NCBI GenBank assembly: GCA_002269645.1 | Contig: NIVC01001966.1 | Span: 153,464 to 217,463 of the forward strand | DNA from: Macrostomum lignano | Taxonomy: Eukaryota | Direction: 5' to 3' | Length of the DNA: 64,000 bases | Shown: piece after piece, positions 38,690 to 49,480 of the stretch | Layout of the letters: each line of letters opens with the position of its first letter | Position numbering within the stretch: position 1 is the first letter of the stretch | The notes under the pieces: model-generated | What the model was told of the DNA's origin: nothing | The model's database searches: none | What the model saw: the letters and a program-made list of their open reading frames with translations, nothing else | Program-made: the position numbers and the translations under genes

Positions 38690-38755
38690 AAAATTCGAAC
38701 CATCGTTTCTGCATTTAGCAGTTCAGTCTGTTTACCTCTAGGCTAGCTCTCATCG
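38690..38755 (-). other. tRNA-Ser(GCT)-derived Pol III cassette (pseudo-tRNA) inside the element tail; sister copies at 42487-42554 and 43629-43693
   Basis: Minus strand GATGAGAGCTAGCCTAGAGGT (A-box-like), CTGCTAA anticodon loop, GGTTCGAAT B box, T-run downstream; stems degenerate. Confidence 0.45.
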
Positions 38756-39479
38756 TTTTGATAACATGAATTCAGCACTTATAATTATAAGTTTCAAAAC
38801 TCCAAGCATAGAGTAAATCACACGAGGCAGTTATTACATAATCAATTTCTCAGTCAGTCAGTATCAGTTAACAATATTGTTGCGCAATCTAAATCAAGTC
38901 TGGTGCTACGCTTCCACACTGCATTTTCAATACTGTGACGCAATTCAAGTCGGAGTTACAATTCAGTTATGATGTAATCCATTTCAGAATCAGAATTCAA
39001 CCAGTCAGTTTTTTCTCTAGCATTCTTACAATGCATTTCAAGTCGAAAAGTTTGCTTGACCTTTGCAAAAAAGCATGTTTTTCGAATATTTAATCGCTTT
39101 AACATGGAGCAATTTCTTAGCCAAGATGCATGTACCGTACCAGGAAAATTTCTGATCGAACAGTGCAAGTTCGAAGAAAATCGGTCCAGCCATTTTTTCT
39201 CTAATCGATTGCGTACAAACAAACAACTCATTTTTAGTATATAGGACTAGCAATCTAGTGCGGCCCCCCTTCGGGGCGCCCAATAAGAAAGGAGCAAAAA
39301 TAGTTCATGGAAAACAATAAAAAAACACATTTTCTTAAACACTAATTCCTTCTTCACATTTTAAAAATCACCTTATTCGTGTAAAATTGTCACGGACTAA
39401 GATGTTTGCAAAATTAAAAAATCACTTTTTCTCTAAAATTAACAAACAGTCAACAAAATATCGTTTCCCTAAATAGAAA

Positions 39480-39860
39480 ATATTCCCAAGACAGCAAGCA
39501 ACCCCCTCCAAAAGTGAACAATCGCAGATAGCAAGCATCCTCTAATGCTCATAGCAAGAATCACCACAGATAGCAAGCATCTGCAGATTAGCAAGCACCC
39601 CCCAGATATTATAGAAGCATCCACCCAGATAGCAAGCATTCTGCAGATAGCAAGCACCCCCAGATATTATAGAAGCATCCACCCAGATAGCAAGCATCCT
39701 GCAGATAGCAAGAATCCCTAAATAGCAAGCATCCTGCAGATAGCAAGAATCCCTGAATAGCAAGCATCCCTGGATAGAAAGAATCCCATGCATGTAGCCA
39801 GTACCCCCTCTCCCAAATAGCAAGTATCCCCCTCGAGAGCAAGCATCCACGAGACAGCAA
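39480..39860. repeat. Degenerate tandem repeat built on AGATAGCAAGCATCC
   Basis: Recurrent AGATAGCAAGCA(T/C)CC motif with variable spacing. Confidence 0.85.
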
Positions 39861-39984
39861 GTAGCTAGTGCAAATGTTACTTCCGCTAATGCAATAATCG
39901 CTTTCTCAGGTTGTGCAACAATCCACGTCTCAGCGAGCGCAATAATCTCTTTTTTAGACAGCGCAGTAATCAGCTTCTCAGCTA

Positions 39985-42412
39985 GTGCAATAATCCTTGG
40001 TTTATTAATAGCAATAATCCTTGATTAATCAAGTGCAATAATCCTTGGTTTATCAAGTGCAATAATCCTTGGTTTATCAAGTGCAGTAATCTTTGGCTTA
40101 AAAAGTGCAATAATCCTTGGTTTATCAAGTGCAATAATCCTTTGTTTATCAAGTGCAATAATCCTTGGTTTATCAAGTGCAATAATCCTTGGTTTATTAA
40201 GTGCAATAATCCTTGGTTTATTAAGTGCAATAATCCTTGGTTTATCTAGCGCAGTAATCCTTGGCTTATCAGGTGCAATAATCCTTGGTTTATCAAGTGC
40301 AATATTTGTTTATCAAGTGCAATAATCCTTGGTTTATCAAGTGAAATAATCCTTGGTTTATCAAGTGCAATAATCCTTGGCTTATCAACTGCAATAATCC
40401 TTGGTTTATCAAGCGCAGTAACCTTTGGCCTATCAAGTGCAATAATCCTTGGTTTATCAAGTGCAGTAATCCTTGGCCTATCAAGTGCAATAATCCTTGG
40501 TTTATCAAGTGCAATAATCCTTGGTTTATCAAGTGTAATAATCCTTGGTTTATCAAGTGCAATAATCCTTGGCTTATCAACTGCAATAATCCTTGGTTTA
40601 TCAAGTGCAATAATCCTTGGTTTATCAAGCGCAGTAATCCTTGGCCTATCAAGTGCAATAATCCTTGGCTTATCAAGTGCAATAATCCTTGGTTTATCAA
40701 GTGCAATAATCCTTGGTTTATCAAGTGCAGTAATCCTTGGCCTATCAAGTGCAATAATCCTTGGTTTGCCAAGAGCAATAATCCTTAGTTTATCGAGTGC
40801 AGTAATCCTTAGTTTTCCAAGTGCAGTAATCCTTGGTTTATTAAGAGCAATAATCCTTGGCTTATCGAGTGCAGTAATCCTTGGTTTGCCAAGAGCAATA
40901 ATCCTTGGTTTATCAAGTGCAATAATCCTTGGTTTATCAAGTGCAATAATCCTTGGTTTATCAGATGCAATAATCCTTGGCTTATCAACTGCAATAATCC
41001 TTGGTTTATCAAGTGCAATAATCCTTGGCTTATCAAGTGCAATAATCCTTGGTTTATCAAGTGCAATAATCCTTGGTTTATCAAGCGCAGTAATCTTTGG
41101 CCTATCAAGTGCAATAATCCTTTGTTTATCAAGTGCAATAATCCTTGGTTTATAAAGTGCAATAATCTTTGGTTTATCAGATGCAATAATCCTTGGCTTA
41201 TCAACTGCAATAATCATTGGTTTATCAAGTGCAATAATCCTTGGCTTATCAAGTGCAATAATCCTTGGTTTATCAAGTGCAATAATCCTTGGTTTATCAA
41301 GCGCAGTAATTTTTGGCCTATCAAGTGCAATAATCCTTGGTTTATCAAGTGCAGTAATCCTTGGCCTATCAAGTGCAATAATCCTTGGTTTATCAAGTGC
41401 AATAGTCTTTGGTTTATCGAGTGCAGTAATCCTTAGTTTTCCAAGTGCAGTAATCCTTGGTTTATTAAGAGCAATAATCCTTGGTTTATCGAGTGGAGTA
41501 GTCCTTGGTTTATTAATATCAATAATCCTTGAATAATCCAGTGCATTAATCCTTGGCTTATCAAGTGCAACATTCTTTACTATCAAGTGCAATAATCCAT
41601 GGCTTATCAAGTGCAATAATCCTTGGTTTATCAAGTGCAATAATCCTTTGTTTATCAAGTGCAATAATCCTTTGTTTATCAAGTGCAATAATCCTTTGTT
41701 TATCAGGTGCAATAATCCTTGGTTTATCAAGCGCAGTAATCCTTGGCTTATCAAGTGCAATAATCCTTGGTTTATCAAGTGCAATAATCCTTGGTTTATC
41801 AAGCGCAGTAATCTTTGGCCTATCAAGTGCAATAATCCTTGGTTTATCAAGTGCAGTAATCCTTGGCCTATCAAGTGCAATATTCCTTGGTTTATCAAGT
41901 GCAATAGTCCTTGGTTTATCGAGTGCAGTAATCCTTGGTTTTCCAAGTGCAATAATCCTTGGCTTCTTGAGTGCAGTAATCCTTGGTTTGCCAAGAGCAA
42001 TAGTCCTTGGTTTATCGAGTGCAGTAATCCTTGGTTTTCCAAGTGCAGTAATCCTTGGTTTATTAATAGCAATAATCCTTGGCTTCTTGAGTGCAGTAAT
42101 CCTTGGTTTGCCAAGAGCAATAGTCCTTGGTTTATCGAGTGCAGTAATCCTTGGTTTTCCAAGTGCAATAATCCTTGGCTTCCTGAGTGCAGTAATCCTT
42201 GGTTTGCCAAGAGCAATAGTCCTTGGTTTATCGAGTGCAGTAATCCTTGGTTTTCCAAGTGCAGTAATCCTTGGTTTATTAATAGCAATAATCCTTGGCT
42301 TCTTGAGTGCAGTAATCCTTGGTTTGCCAAGAGCAATAGTCCTTGGTTTATCGAGTGCAGTAGTCCTTGGTTTATTAATAGCAATAATCCTTGGCTTATC
42401 GAGTGCAGTAAT
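39985..42412. repeat. 24-bp satellite array
   Basis: Unit GTGCAATAATCCTTGGTTTATCAA with higher-order variants; explains ORFs such as 40246..42384. Confidence 0.97.
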
Positions 42413-43056
42413 CTAAGTGTTTTTATTTAGTCCTTTAATAAAACCTTTTAATAAAAAAATTTACACTACTACTTTTAATTTAAACTACTTAGATTCGAAC
42501 CTAGGTCGCTGCATTAGCAGTCTGGTCTGTTCAGCTCTAGGCTAGCTCTCATCGAAGTTATCAGTGATGTTGTACCACTTATATAATTCAACACTCACAC
42601 CAAGTCAGGTAGAGTAAAAAGTCTCACGAAGCAGTTATGACATAATCAATTTCTTAGGCAAGTCAGTACCAGTGTCTATGAAAGTTTACAATATGGTTAC
42701 GTAATATAAATTCAGTACTGCGCTATGCTTTCACACTCAAAGCTGTGACGCAATTCAATTGAGTGTCAAATTCAGCCAGTACACAGACGATAAATAAAGT
42801 GTATTGTGATGCAATCTATTTCAGAATCAGAATTCAACCAGTCAGTTTTTCTGCTAGCATTCTTACGATGCATTTCAAGTCGAAAGAGCTGCTTGACCTT
42901 TGCAAAAAAGCATGTTTTTCGAATATTTAATCCCTTTAGCATCAAGCAATTTCTTAGCCACGATGCATGTACTGTCACGGGAAAATTTCTGATCGAACAG
43001 TGCAAGTTCGAAGAAAATCGGTTGAGCCGTTTTTGCTAAAATCGATCACACACACA

Positions 43057-44184
43057 CAGGACGCTTCAATGATTTTTACATGACACCTCTATGATTTTTA
43101 CATGACGCTTCTATGATTTTTTACATGACGTTTTTTTGATTTTTATATGACGCCTCTATGATTTTTTAAATGACGCTTCTATGATTTTTATATTACGCTC
43201 TTACGATATTTTACATGACGCTTCTATGATTGTTTACACGATGCTTTTATGATTGTTTACATGACGCTTCTATGATTGTTTACATGACGCTTCTATGATT
43301 GTTTGCATGACGCTTCTATGATTGTTTACATGACGCTTCTATGATTGTTTACACGATGCTTCTATGATTGTTTACATGACGCTTCTATGATTGTTTACAT
43401 GACGCTTCTATGATTGTTTACATGACGCTTCTATGATTGTTTACATGACGCTTCTATGATTTTTACATGACGCTTCTATGCTTTTTACATGATGCTTCCA
43501 CGATTTTTTACATGACACTTCCACGATTTTTTACATGACGCTTCTATGATTTTTTACATGACGCTTTTATGATTTTTTTAGTTTTTTTGGCGTTAAAGAG
43601 CTTTAATTAAAAAAACTCTACTCTCTAAAAATTCGAACCATCGTTTCTGCATTTAGCAGTTCAGTCTGTTTACCTCTAGGCTAGCTCTCATCGTTTTGAT
43701 AACATGAATTCAGCACTTATAATTATAAGTTTCAAAACTCCAAGCATAGAGTAAATCACACGAGGCAGTTATTACATAATCAATTTCTCAGTCAGTCAGT
43801 ATCAGTTAACAATATTGTTGCGCAATCTAAATCAAGTCTGGTGCTACGCTTCCACACTGCATTTTCAATACTGTGACGCAATTCAAGTCGGAGTTACAAT
43901 TCAGTTATGATGTAATCCATTTCAGAATCAGAATTCAACCAGTCAGTTTTTTCTCTAGCATTCTTACAATGCATTTCAAGTCGAAAAGTTTGCTTGACCT
44001 TTGCAAAAAAGCATGTTTTTCGAATATTTAATCGCTTTAACATGGAGCAATTTCTTAGCCAAGATGCATGTACCGTCCCAGGAAAATTTCTGATCGAACA
44101 GTGCAAGTTCGAAGAAAATCGGTCCAGCCATTTTTTCTCTAATCGATTGCGTACAAACAAACAACTCATTTTTAGTATATAGGA
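43057..44184 (+). repeat. Near-identical 1.13-kb duplicate of 38119-39246 (satellite end plus Helitron-like tail)
   Basis: Shared from CAGGACGCTTCAATGATTTTTACATGACACC to TTTTAGTATATAGGA; ORFs 38956..39231 and 43894..44169 translate identically. Confidence 0.9.
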
Positions 44185-44599
44185 TTTTTAGTATATTGGA
44201 TGAAAATGTTTCTCATTGTGTTTGTTGCAGACTAAGCCAGGTAATTAAAGCCCCTACCTCGCGTCAGGCGCTTGGCTAAGTAAAATAAGACGCCTGGCTA
44301 AGACTGGAAATATTACGCGACCTTGTTGGTATAGGTCCACTTTCTTCTTCTAGAGAAGAAGTCATAACAATGGCGTCGCAAGCAATCGTAACTTGACGGT
44401 CTGATGTTCAAGCTCGTAATGAGCAAGGATCCGACCAAGTCTGCAGGGGATCCGACTAAATCAGCGGTGGATCCGACCAAGTCCACTGGGATCTCTCCAA
44501 GCCGTAATAGAGGAGGTTCTCAGAACGGGTCACAGTCCCAAGCAACTCAAAGGGATGCTCAAGCCCAGAGCGCCACGATCGGTGGAGAAAAGGTGACGT

Positions 44600-44830
44600 A
44601 CTTTGTTAGAACTTGAATCGCTTTCATCAAGTGACAGACTTAAGAATTTCAAGATGATGTGTAATTTCAGATTTCAGATTTTCAGATTTAGATTTTCGTT
44701 CAGAGCCTTTGTGCGTTGCGACAGTGAGACGCTTTTCTCACTGAGCTACTCAGCAATGTCTTCAATCACACGATTGACGACTGGGCGAGCATCCAAAACC
44801 AGATCTGGTTGACGAGCGGCTCCAACTGCC
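44600..44830 (-). pseudogene. hAT (Buster/Charlie-like) transposase remnant
   Basis: VVNRVIEDIAE*L..FLSLSLDESDSSSN resembles the RRIEDMA..FSLALDESTD region around the first catalytic Asp; contains stops. Confidence 0.4.
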
Positions 44831-45789
44831 GCCAATCTCAAGCAGCATAAACACAGAGAGATGCGAAAGTGATGCATTTAGTTAATAGTGGCATTATCTT
44901 GCAAAATGTTTACGATAAATGTGCTTCTAAGTTGATTTTGATGTACAGGCTGACCCAAAGGGAACTGACAAATTTAAATTGCTTATTTAGTCACCTATTT
45001 TTGGGTCACGCCGTATATAACAAGGCCAGTAAGGGAGTTTCTCAAGATTACACCGGCAATGTTAATTTTACTGGTGAATATCGTGCACCAGGCTGTTGGA
45101 GAAAGCTACAATTACGTTATTGCATCCTGATGAGCTTCCAGTGGTCCTTCTATTAGGCTTTTTTTGTCTGAATTGACTGATTGCGCATTCAAAGTCAGCT
45201 CGAGAACTTTCAATAGTTTTAAGCACCAAAAAGGGCTCCTCATCCGACCTGGCAATGGCTCCTTTCCCTCAGCTCGAGTTTTACACAGGAGTGAAAGGGC
45301 TGAAGACTGCGGTTTACGAGCAAGCTGAGAGAGAAAACGTGGAGATCAAACTAGTTTAGTTAGCGATTTATACATATGAGGTTCTACAAGTGAACGATAC
45401 GACGCACATTGCTACACGATGAAAGCGGTCTTTCGCGTCCCTGGGATTTCCCTAGGGAATCCCGGAATTTCCCTGCGATTTATATTGTCCATGGTCGCTT
45501 TGAAGCTCAACAAGAAGCAAGACATATATTTGTTGTATATGACTTTTTAAAATCCTACGATTAACATAAACAACGATACAACAAGCCGAGAGAAAAAATA
45601 CAATGCAGCCAATAACAATGAAACTTTATAGGTCACTAATAATGCACTACTGTTGTTCAACGCAACAGATTGTCACCATGTTTCAAATTAGAATTCTCAC
45701 TTGTAATAGACATTGAACGTACAGCCGCTGAAGGTTCCATGGAATCCACCTTTGGAATCAGATGAAGCCGTGGTAACTGTAGCTGTACA

Positions 45790-46476
45790 TGCGGTTTCAG
45801 CAATAGACAGACTGGCATCTTGAGGGCCATTTACTTTCGAAGTAACGTTAGATCTTCGTCTTCGATGGCACTAAACCTCTTCATTTCTCCACCATTCTCC
45901 AGAAACAGTCTAGCGGCAATCTTCAACATGTCGTTGGCTCTCTTGAAGAGTTGACTGGAGAGGATATCCACTCCACGTGACCGAAATAGAAGGCGATGCA
46001 ATCCGGCCCTGAAACAGCGCAGAGTAGCAGGCTCACCTAGAACCCACCATCAGAACGCCTGATAGAACCATAGCTCGTACGCGATCCGGATACAGGCGCT
46101 CCTCTGAGCACTTTTCAATATCAACATCAATTTTCAGGGACTCCATGGTCGATTGAAATTTTTCCAGAGCCCATTTCTCTTGCTGACCAGCACTTGGTGG
46201 CTCACACGCTTTCTCTACCAGATCCAGGTCACGCATAATAATCTCGATGTTTTCGTTGGTCGTAGATCTGGAGTCCAGCAGTTCGGAGATCATCGAATTC
46301 TCAATCCTCGAGGCGAATCCGGAAGCCATGTCTTCCAGACTGTTCGAGTCCATTTCCATGGCGAATAGAATGTTGTCGGCTTCCATTCGTGCTGCTATTT
46401 CGGCCTTTGTCAGTCCGACGATGTCACTGTATTCAATGTGCAGTAGACCGGTGGGATATGATGAATCGTCCTCCAT
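45790..46476 (-). pseudogene. Crypton/DUF3504-type remnant, minus strand
   Basis: QEKWALEKFQ..DIEKCSEERL, then after a frameshift PATLRCFRAGLHRLL..VDILSSQLFKRANDML..AIEDEDLTLLRK. Confidence 0.65.
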
Positions 46477-46921
46477 TTTATCGCCAGTGAATGTCTATTA
46501 GCGCCCTCTCTGATGGCTCTGGCTCTCGCGTCCCTCTCTTTCCAATTCTGTGGGTTTTGGCCACAGACATAAGAAAAATCGACATCGGTCATTAATATAT
46601 TAATATAGTTAGGCTGTTGAGGGCAGAAATGAGCGAAACAGACGAGGCTGATCCGCTCATTTCTGCCCAAGACAGCCTAACTATATTAGTATTGTAGCCA
46701 ATCTAAGCCTGCCAACGCAGCGGGCGAGAAATACCATTTCACGCCCGCTGAATCCATTCTATGGTCCAATTCCATTTGAAGTAAGCTATTGGCTTCATTT
46801 CTCGCCCGCTTCTTCTTGACTTTTCTATGGCCTAAGCACTCGAGACCTGTCATATTAAGTCATGTTGAAGTCATGTTAGAAAGAAAAATCCATCGTGTTT
46901 TTCCTTTACTGTTTGTCGAAT

Positions 46922-47325
46922 ATGCTGCGTTATTCTTCAATACGCGAAGACGAAATTAGTAGATTGAGCTCAGATGAGCTCGATTTCATCACGCATCTCG
47001 ATCCTCGGGACGATGTCGACAGAATCGGTCAATGGACAGGGCTGACGGATGAGCAAGAGAGGCTAATTGATGAGGAACTACGCAATCCTACGCCGGAAGA
47101 TCACGTTGGAAACCTGTTTCGTGAATTGACCGAAGAAGAAGAAGCTGGCCTACATCATGTGGAGCAAGAAAGTAAACGGAAGTCGACGGTTAAGCAAACC
47201 GAATTGCATATTCGCAAACTAAAAGTTTCTACGCGCGGAGAATTTACCTGATCACATCGAGAATATGCCAGTGAGGTATCTCAACTCCTATCTACGCCTG
47301 TTCTTCGTTCACTTTAACTTTAATC
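46922..47325 (+). pseudogene. Crypton/DUF3504-type remnant, plus strand
   Basis: FRELTEEEE..KSTVKQTELHIRKLK, frameshift in an A run, then FLRAENLPDHIENMPVRYLNSYLRLFF. Confidence 0.6.
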
Positions 47326-47659
47326 AATCAAACTAAGGTCAGAAGGTCAGACAATCGTTGTCACGCACTGGGACCGCTGATTATCTATCCATTGCTATGC
47401 ACTTTTGGTGACAATAACACGCGCGTGGGATTATATCATTATTGCAAGGCAAATTACAAGGAGCAAATTAACGAAAGCTTACTAAAGGCAGAAGGCCGCA
47501 TTCACAAATTCTAGATGACTTGTTATTTCTTAGAATCCCAACAGTAAATTCTCCCTTTTGTACCCCAAAATTACAGTTTACTTCGAGATTCGGGAATTTC
47601 TTGTGTTGTAAACTTTCTTGTCTTGTCTTGTCTTGAATTTCTTGTCTTGTCTTGTCTTG

Positions 47660-47930
47660 TTTTGTGTTCGTCCAAGCGACCTGTTGAGAAGTCGGCCACT
47701 CCAGCTGGTAGGCCACATCATCCTCGCCGAGTCGTACTGCCCAGAGCCGGTACAGGAGGCGCTCTTGCTAACGCTGCAGGCACCCTACCGGCGGGGGCAG
47801 GCGCGCATTCGGCGTTTCGTCGACTTCCTGCTGGCCGGCTTCGGATTCGGCTGGCGACGTGGCGTTCATTCGCGACCTGGCCTTGAGGCGCGCCCCGTGA
47901 CGCTAACTGCGTATTATGTTATTGTTGTTA
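47660..47930 (+). mobile_element. RTE-like LINE 3' fragment
   Basis: LRSRPLQLVGHIILAESYCPEPVQEALLLTLQAPYRRGQARIRRFVD, matching the RTE C-terminal pattern; (TAT/TGT)n tail. Confidence 0.65.
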
Positions 47931-49380
47931 ATGTAACCTGAGCGACATTATTGAGTTTCCTTCCTGAAATGCCAACTTGTCGGTGGCTTGGACCCATAAT
48001 TTATACTATGTTATGCGAATGAATCAAACTCAAGACATTTATATTTTTTGATACTCCGTTACCGGTCAGTGGTAAAACACGTAAACAATACAGTCTTCGA
48101 ATTCAAGGCAAGAATGAGTGCCAATTTCAATTTCTTCAAGGATGTAAAATGTCTTTAGAAAATTGAGTTCCAAAGTAGTTGCTGCTATTGCTGTTTTCGC
48201 CTGGTACTTCCGTGATGTAGGTGCACAGTTCCGTTCGCTTACCTTTTGGATCATGCCTTGGACATTTAAAATGTTACAAGGAGTTTAAATTTTACTGTTT
48301 TTAATGCCCTAATTAGAACACTCGGGCTTGTTGAGCACACTCCCTGGTGTATTTTTGACAACTATCTATTTTCCAAATGTTTCCAAATGGACTCAAGCGA
48401 TTGTAAGGAGTCAAAGGCAATGCCATGCCCCGCTTCCTTCCTAGTCAAATCAATCGCTAAAACTTTTTTGAGCTCACAAAGGAGGACAAATATTGATTTT
48501 CTCGCATTGGGTGTGTTTTCTCGCCTCGTATGTTTCAGAGTTATCACAAGTCAGCGATCTGAGAGACTTTTTCAAGACACGCACGAGAAAGTTTCACTTC
48601 CGGTAGTAATATGTTGTCAGAGCTTCGCTTTCACGGATGTTTAATGGTGACGAACCCAAGGACTGCTAAAGTAAGGCAGGAGTTTTTTTGTAGTCCTGAG
48701 GCTTGCAAAAATCAAAATTTTCGCTTGTTTCAGCCCTCTGCAGCCTGTCAACATTGGCATGGTGCTGCTAGTAGGGTTTCCACCGGTAGTAGGGCGCCAT
48801 GCCAGTTCGATTTCTTCAACCTGATTGTTTTGCGTTTCAAGAAAAAGCGCTGCATTCTTTGCTGAAGTTTGCAGAGACTCGCATTGGTGAACGCAGATTG
48901 CTAGCGTTACAGACAAACCAATCTTAGACATTTATTGTATAGGTGGATTCTAGAGCAGGGGCGCGGAAAAGAAGAATTGATGCCAGAAGTTTAAACGCCA
49001 TATGCAAAATAACGACGTCAAGTTAAACATGAAGAAGCGCAATATCAACTATAAAACTCGAGGGGAGTTGCTGAGATGTCAATATTCATGGAAGGTATTG
49101 ATATTTTCTGAAATGCTGTGACTCTCAGCAGGGTTAAGGTTAGGGTTAGGTTTTGGGTTCAACCATAAAGGTATCGCCTATCAAGCATAAACGGCTAAAG
49201 TGGGAATCGCTAAAATGCTACTGCAAATGATGAAGTTTCTGAGATGTATGCTTTCATGGGGGGTTTCTGAAATGTTATGACTCGTATAAAAAATTGCTGA
49301 GGTGTCCAGGTTTATGAAGACAAAGCGTGTCTGAATGCTGTGGCATTAACAAGCAGTGGAAAAGTCTGTGTTGCATTCTT

Positions 49381-49455
49381 ATTGGCTGAGAGCATGGCAG
49401 ATGAAGTTTAAATCCCGATGCTATGAAACGGCTGTAGCCGTCGTCTCCTGCTCAG
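49381..49455 (+). promoter_or_regulatory. Putative promoter of lectin copy C with variant TATA (TATGAAA)
   Basis: ATTGG 49381-85 and TATGAAA 49422-28; alignable to 19172-19246. Confidence 0.45.
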
Positions 49456-49480
49456 CAAGTTCTCTGAATTTAAAGCAAGG

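Larger units (their letters stand above)
34319..39246 (+). mobile_element. Composite Helitron/Helentron-like non-autonomous element 1, containing a satellite array and a solo LTR
   Basis: 5' ACTAGCAATCTACGCCCCCCGTTGGGGAGCC hairpin start, degenerate ~400-bp internal repeats, satellite, and a 3' tail ending AAATCGGTCCAGCC..ACAAACAAAC..TTTTAGTATATAG. Confidence 0.5.
39247..43056 (+). mobile_element. Composite Helitron/Helentron-like element 2 with a different internal satellite
   Basis: Starts CTAGCAATCTAGTGCGGCCCCCTTCGGGGCGCC, like 34319; its tail at 42420-43056 is homologous to 38645-39243 and ends in (CA)n. Confidence 0.5.

Noticed and set aside
36600-42412. CRISPR-like arrays
   Set aside because: Units are head-to-tail with no unique spacers, no cas genes are present, and the context is eukaryotic. 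The same applies to all other arrays in the window.
40246-42430. Long ORFs (712, 287 and 260 aa) as repeat proteins
   Set aside because: They are translations of a 24-bp satellite that is open on both strands, with no unique N- or C-terminal coding context.
38690-43693. Functional tRNA-Ser genes
   Set aside because: Acceptor and T stems do not pair and the long variable arm is absent; kept only as tRNA-derived cassettes.
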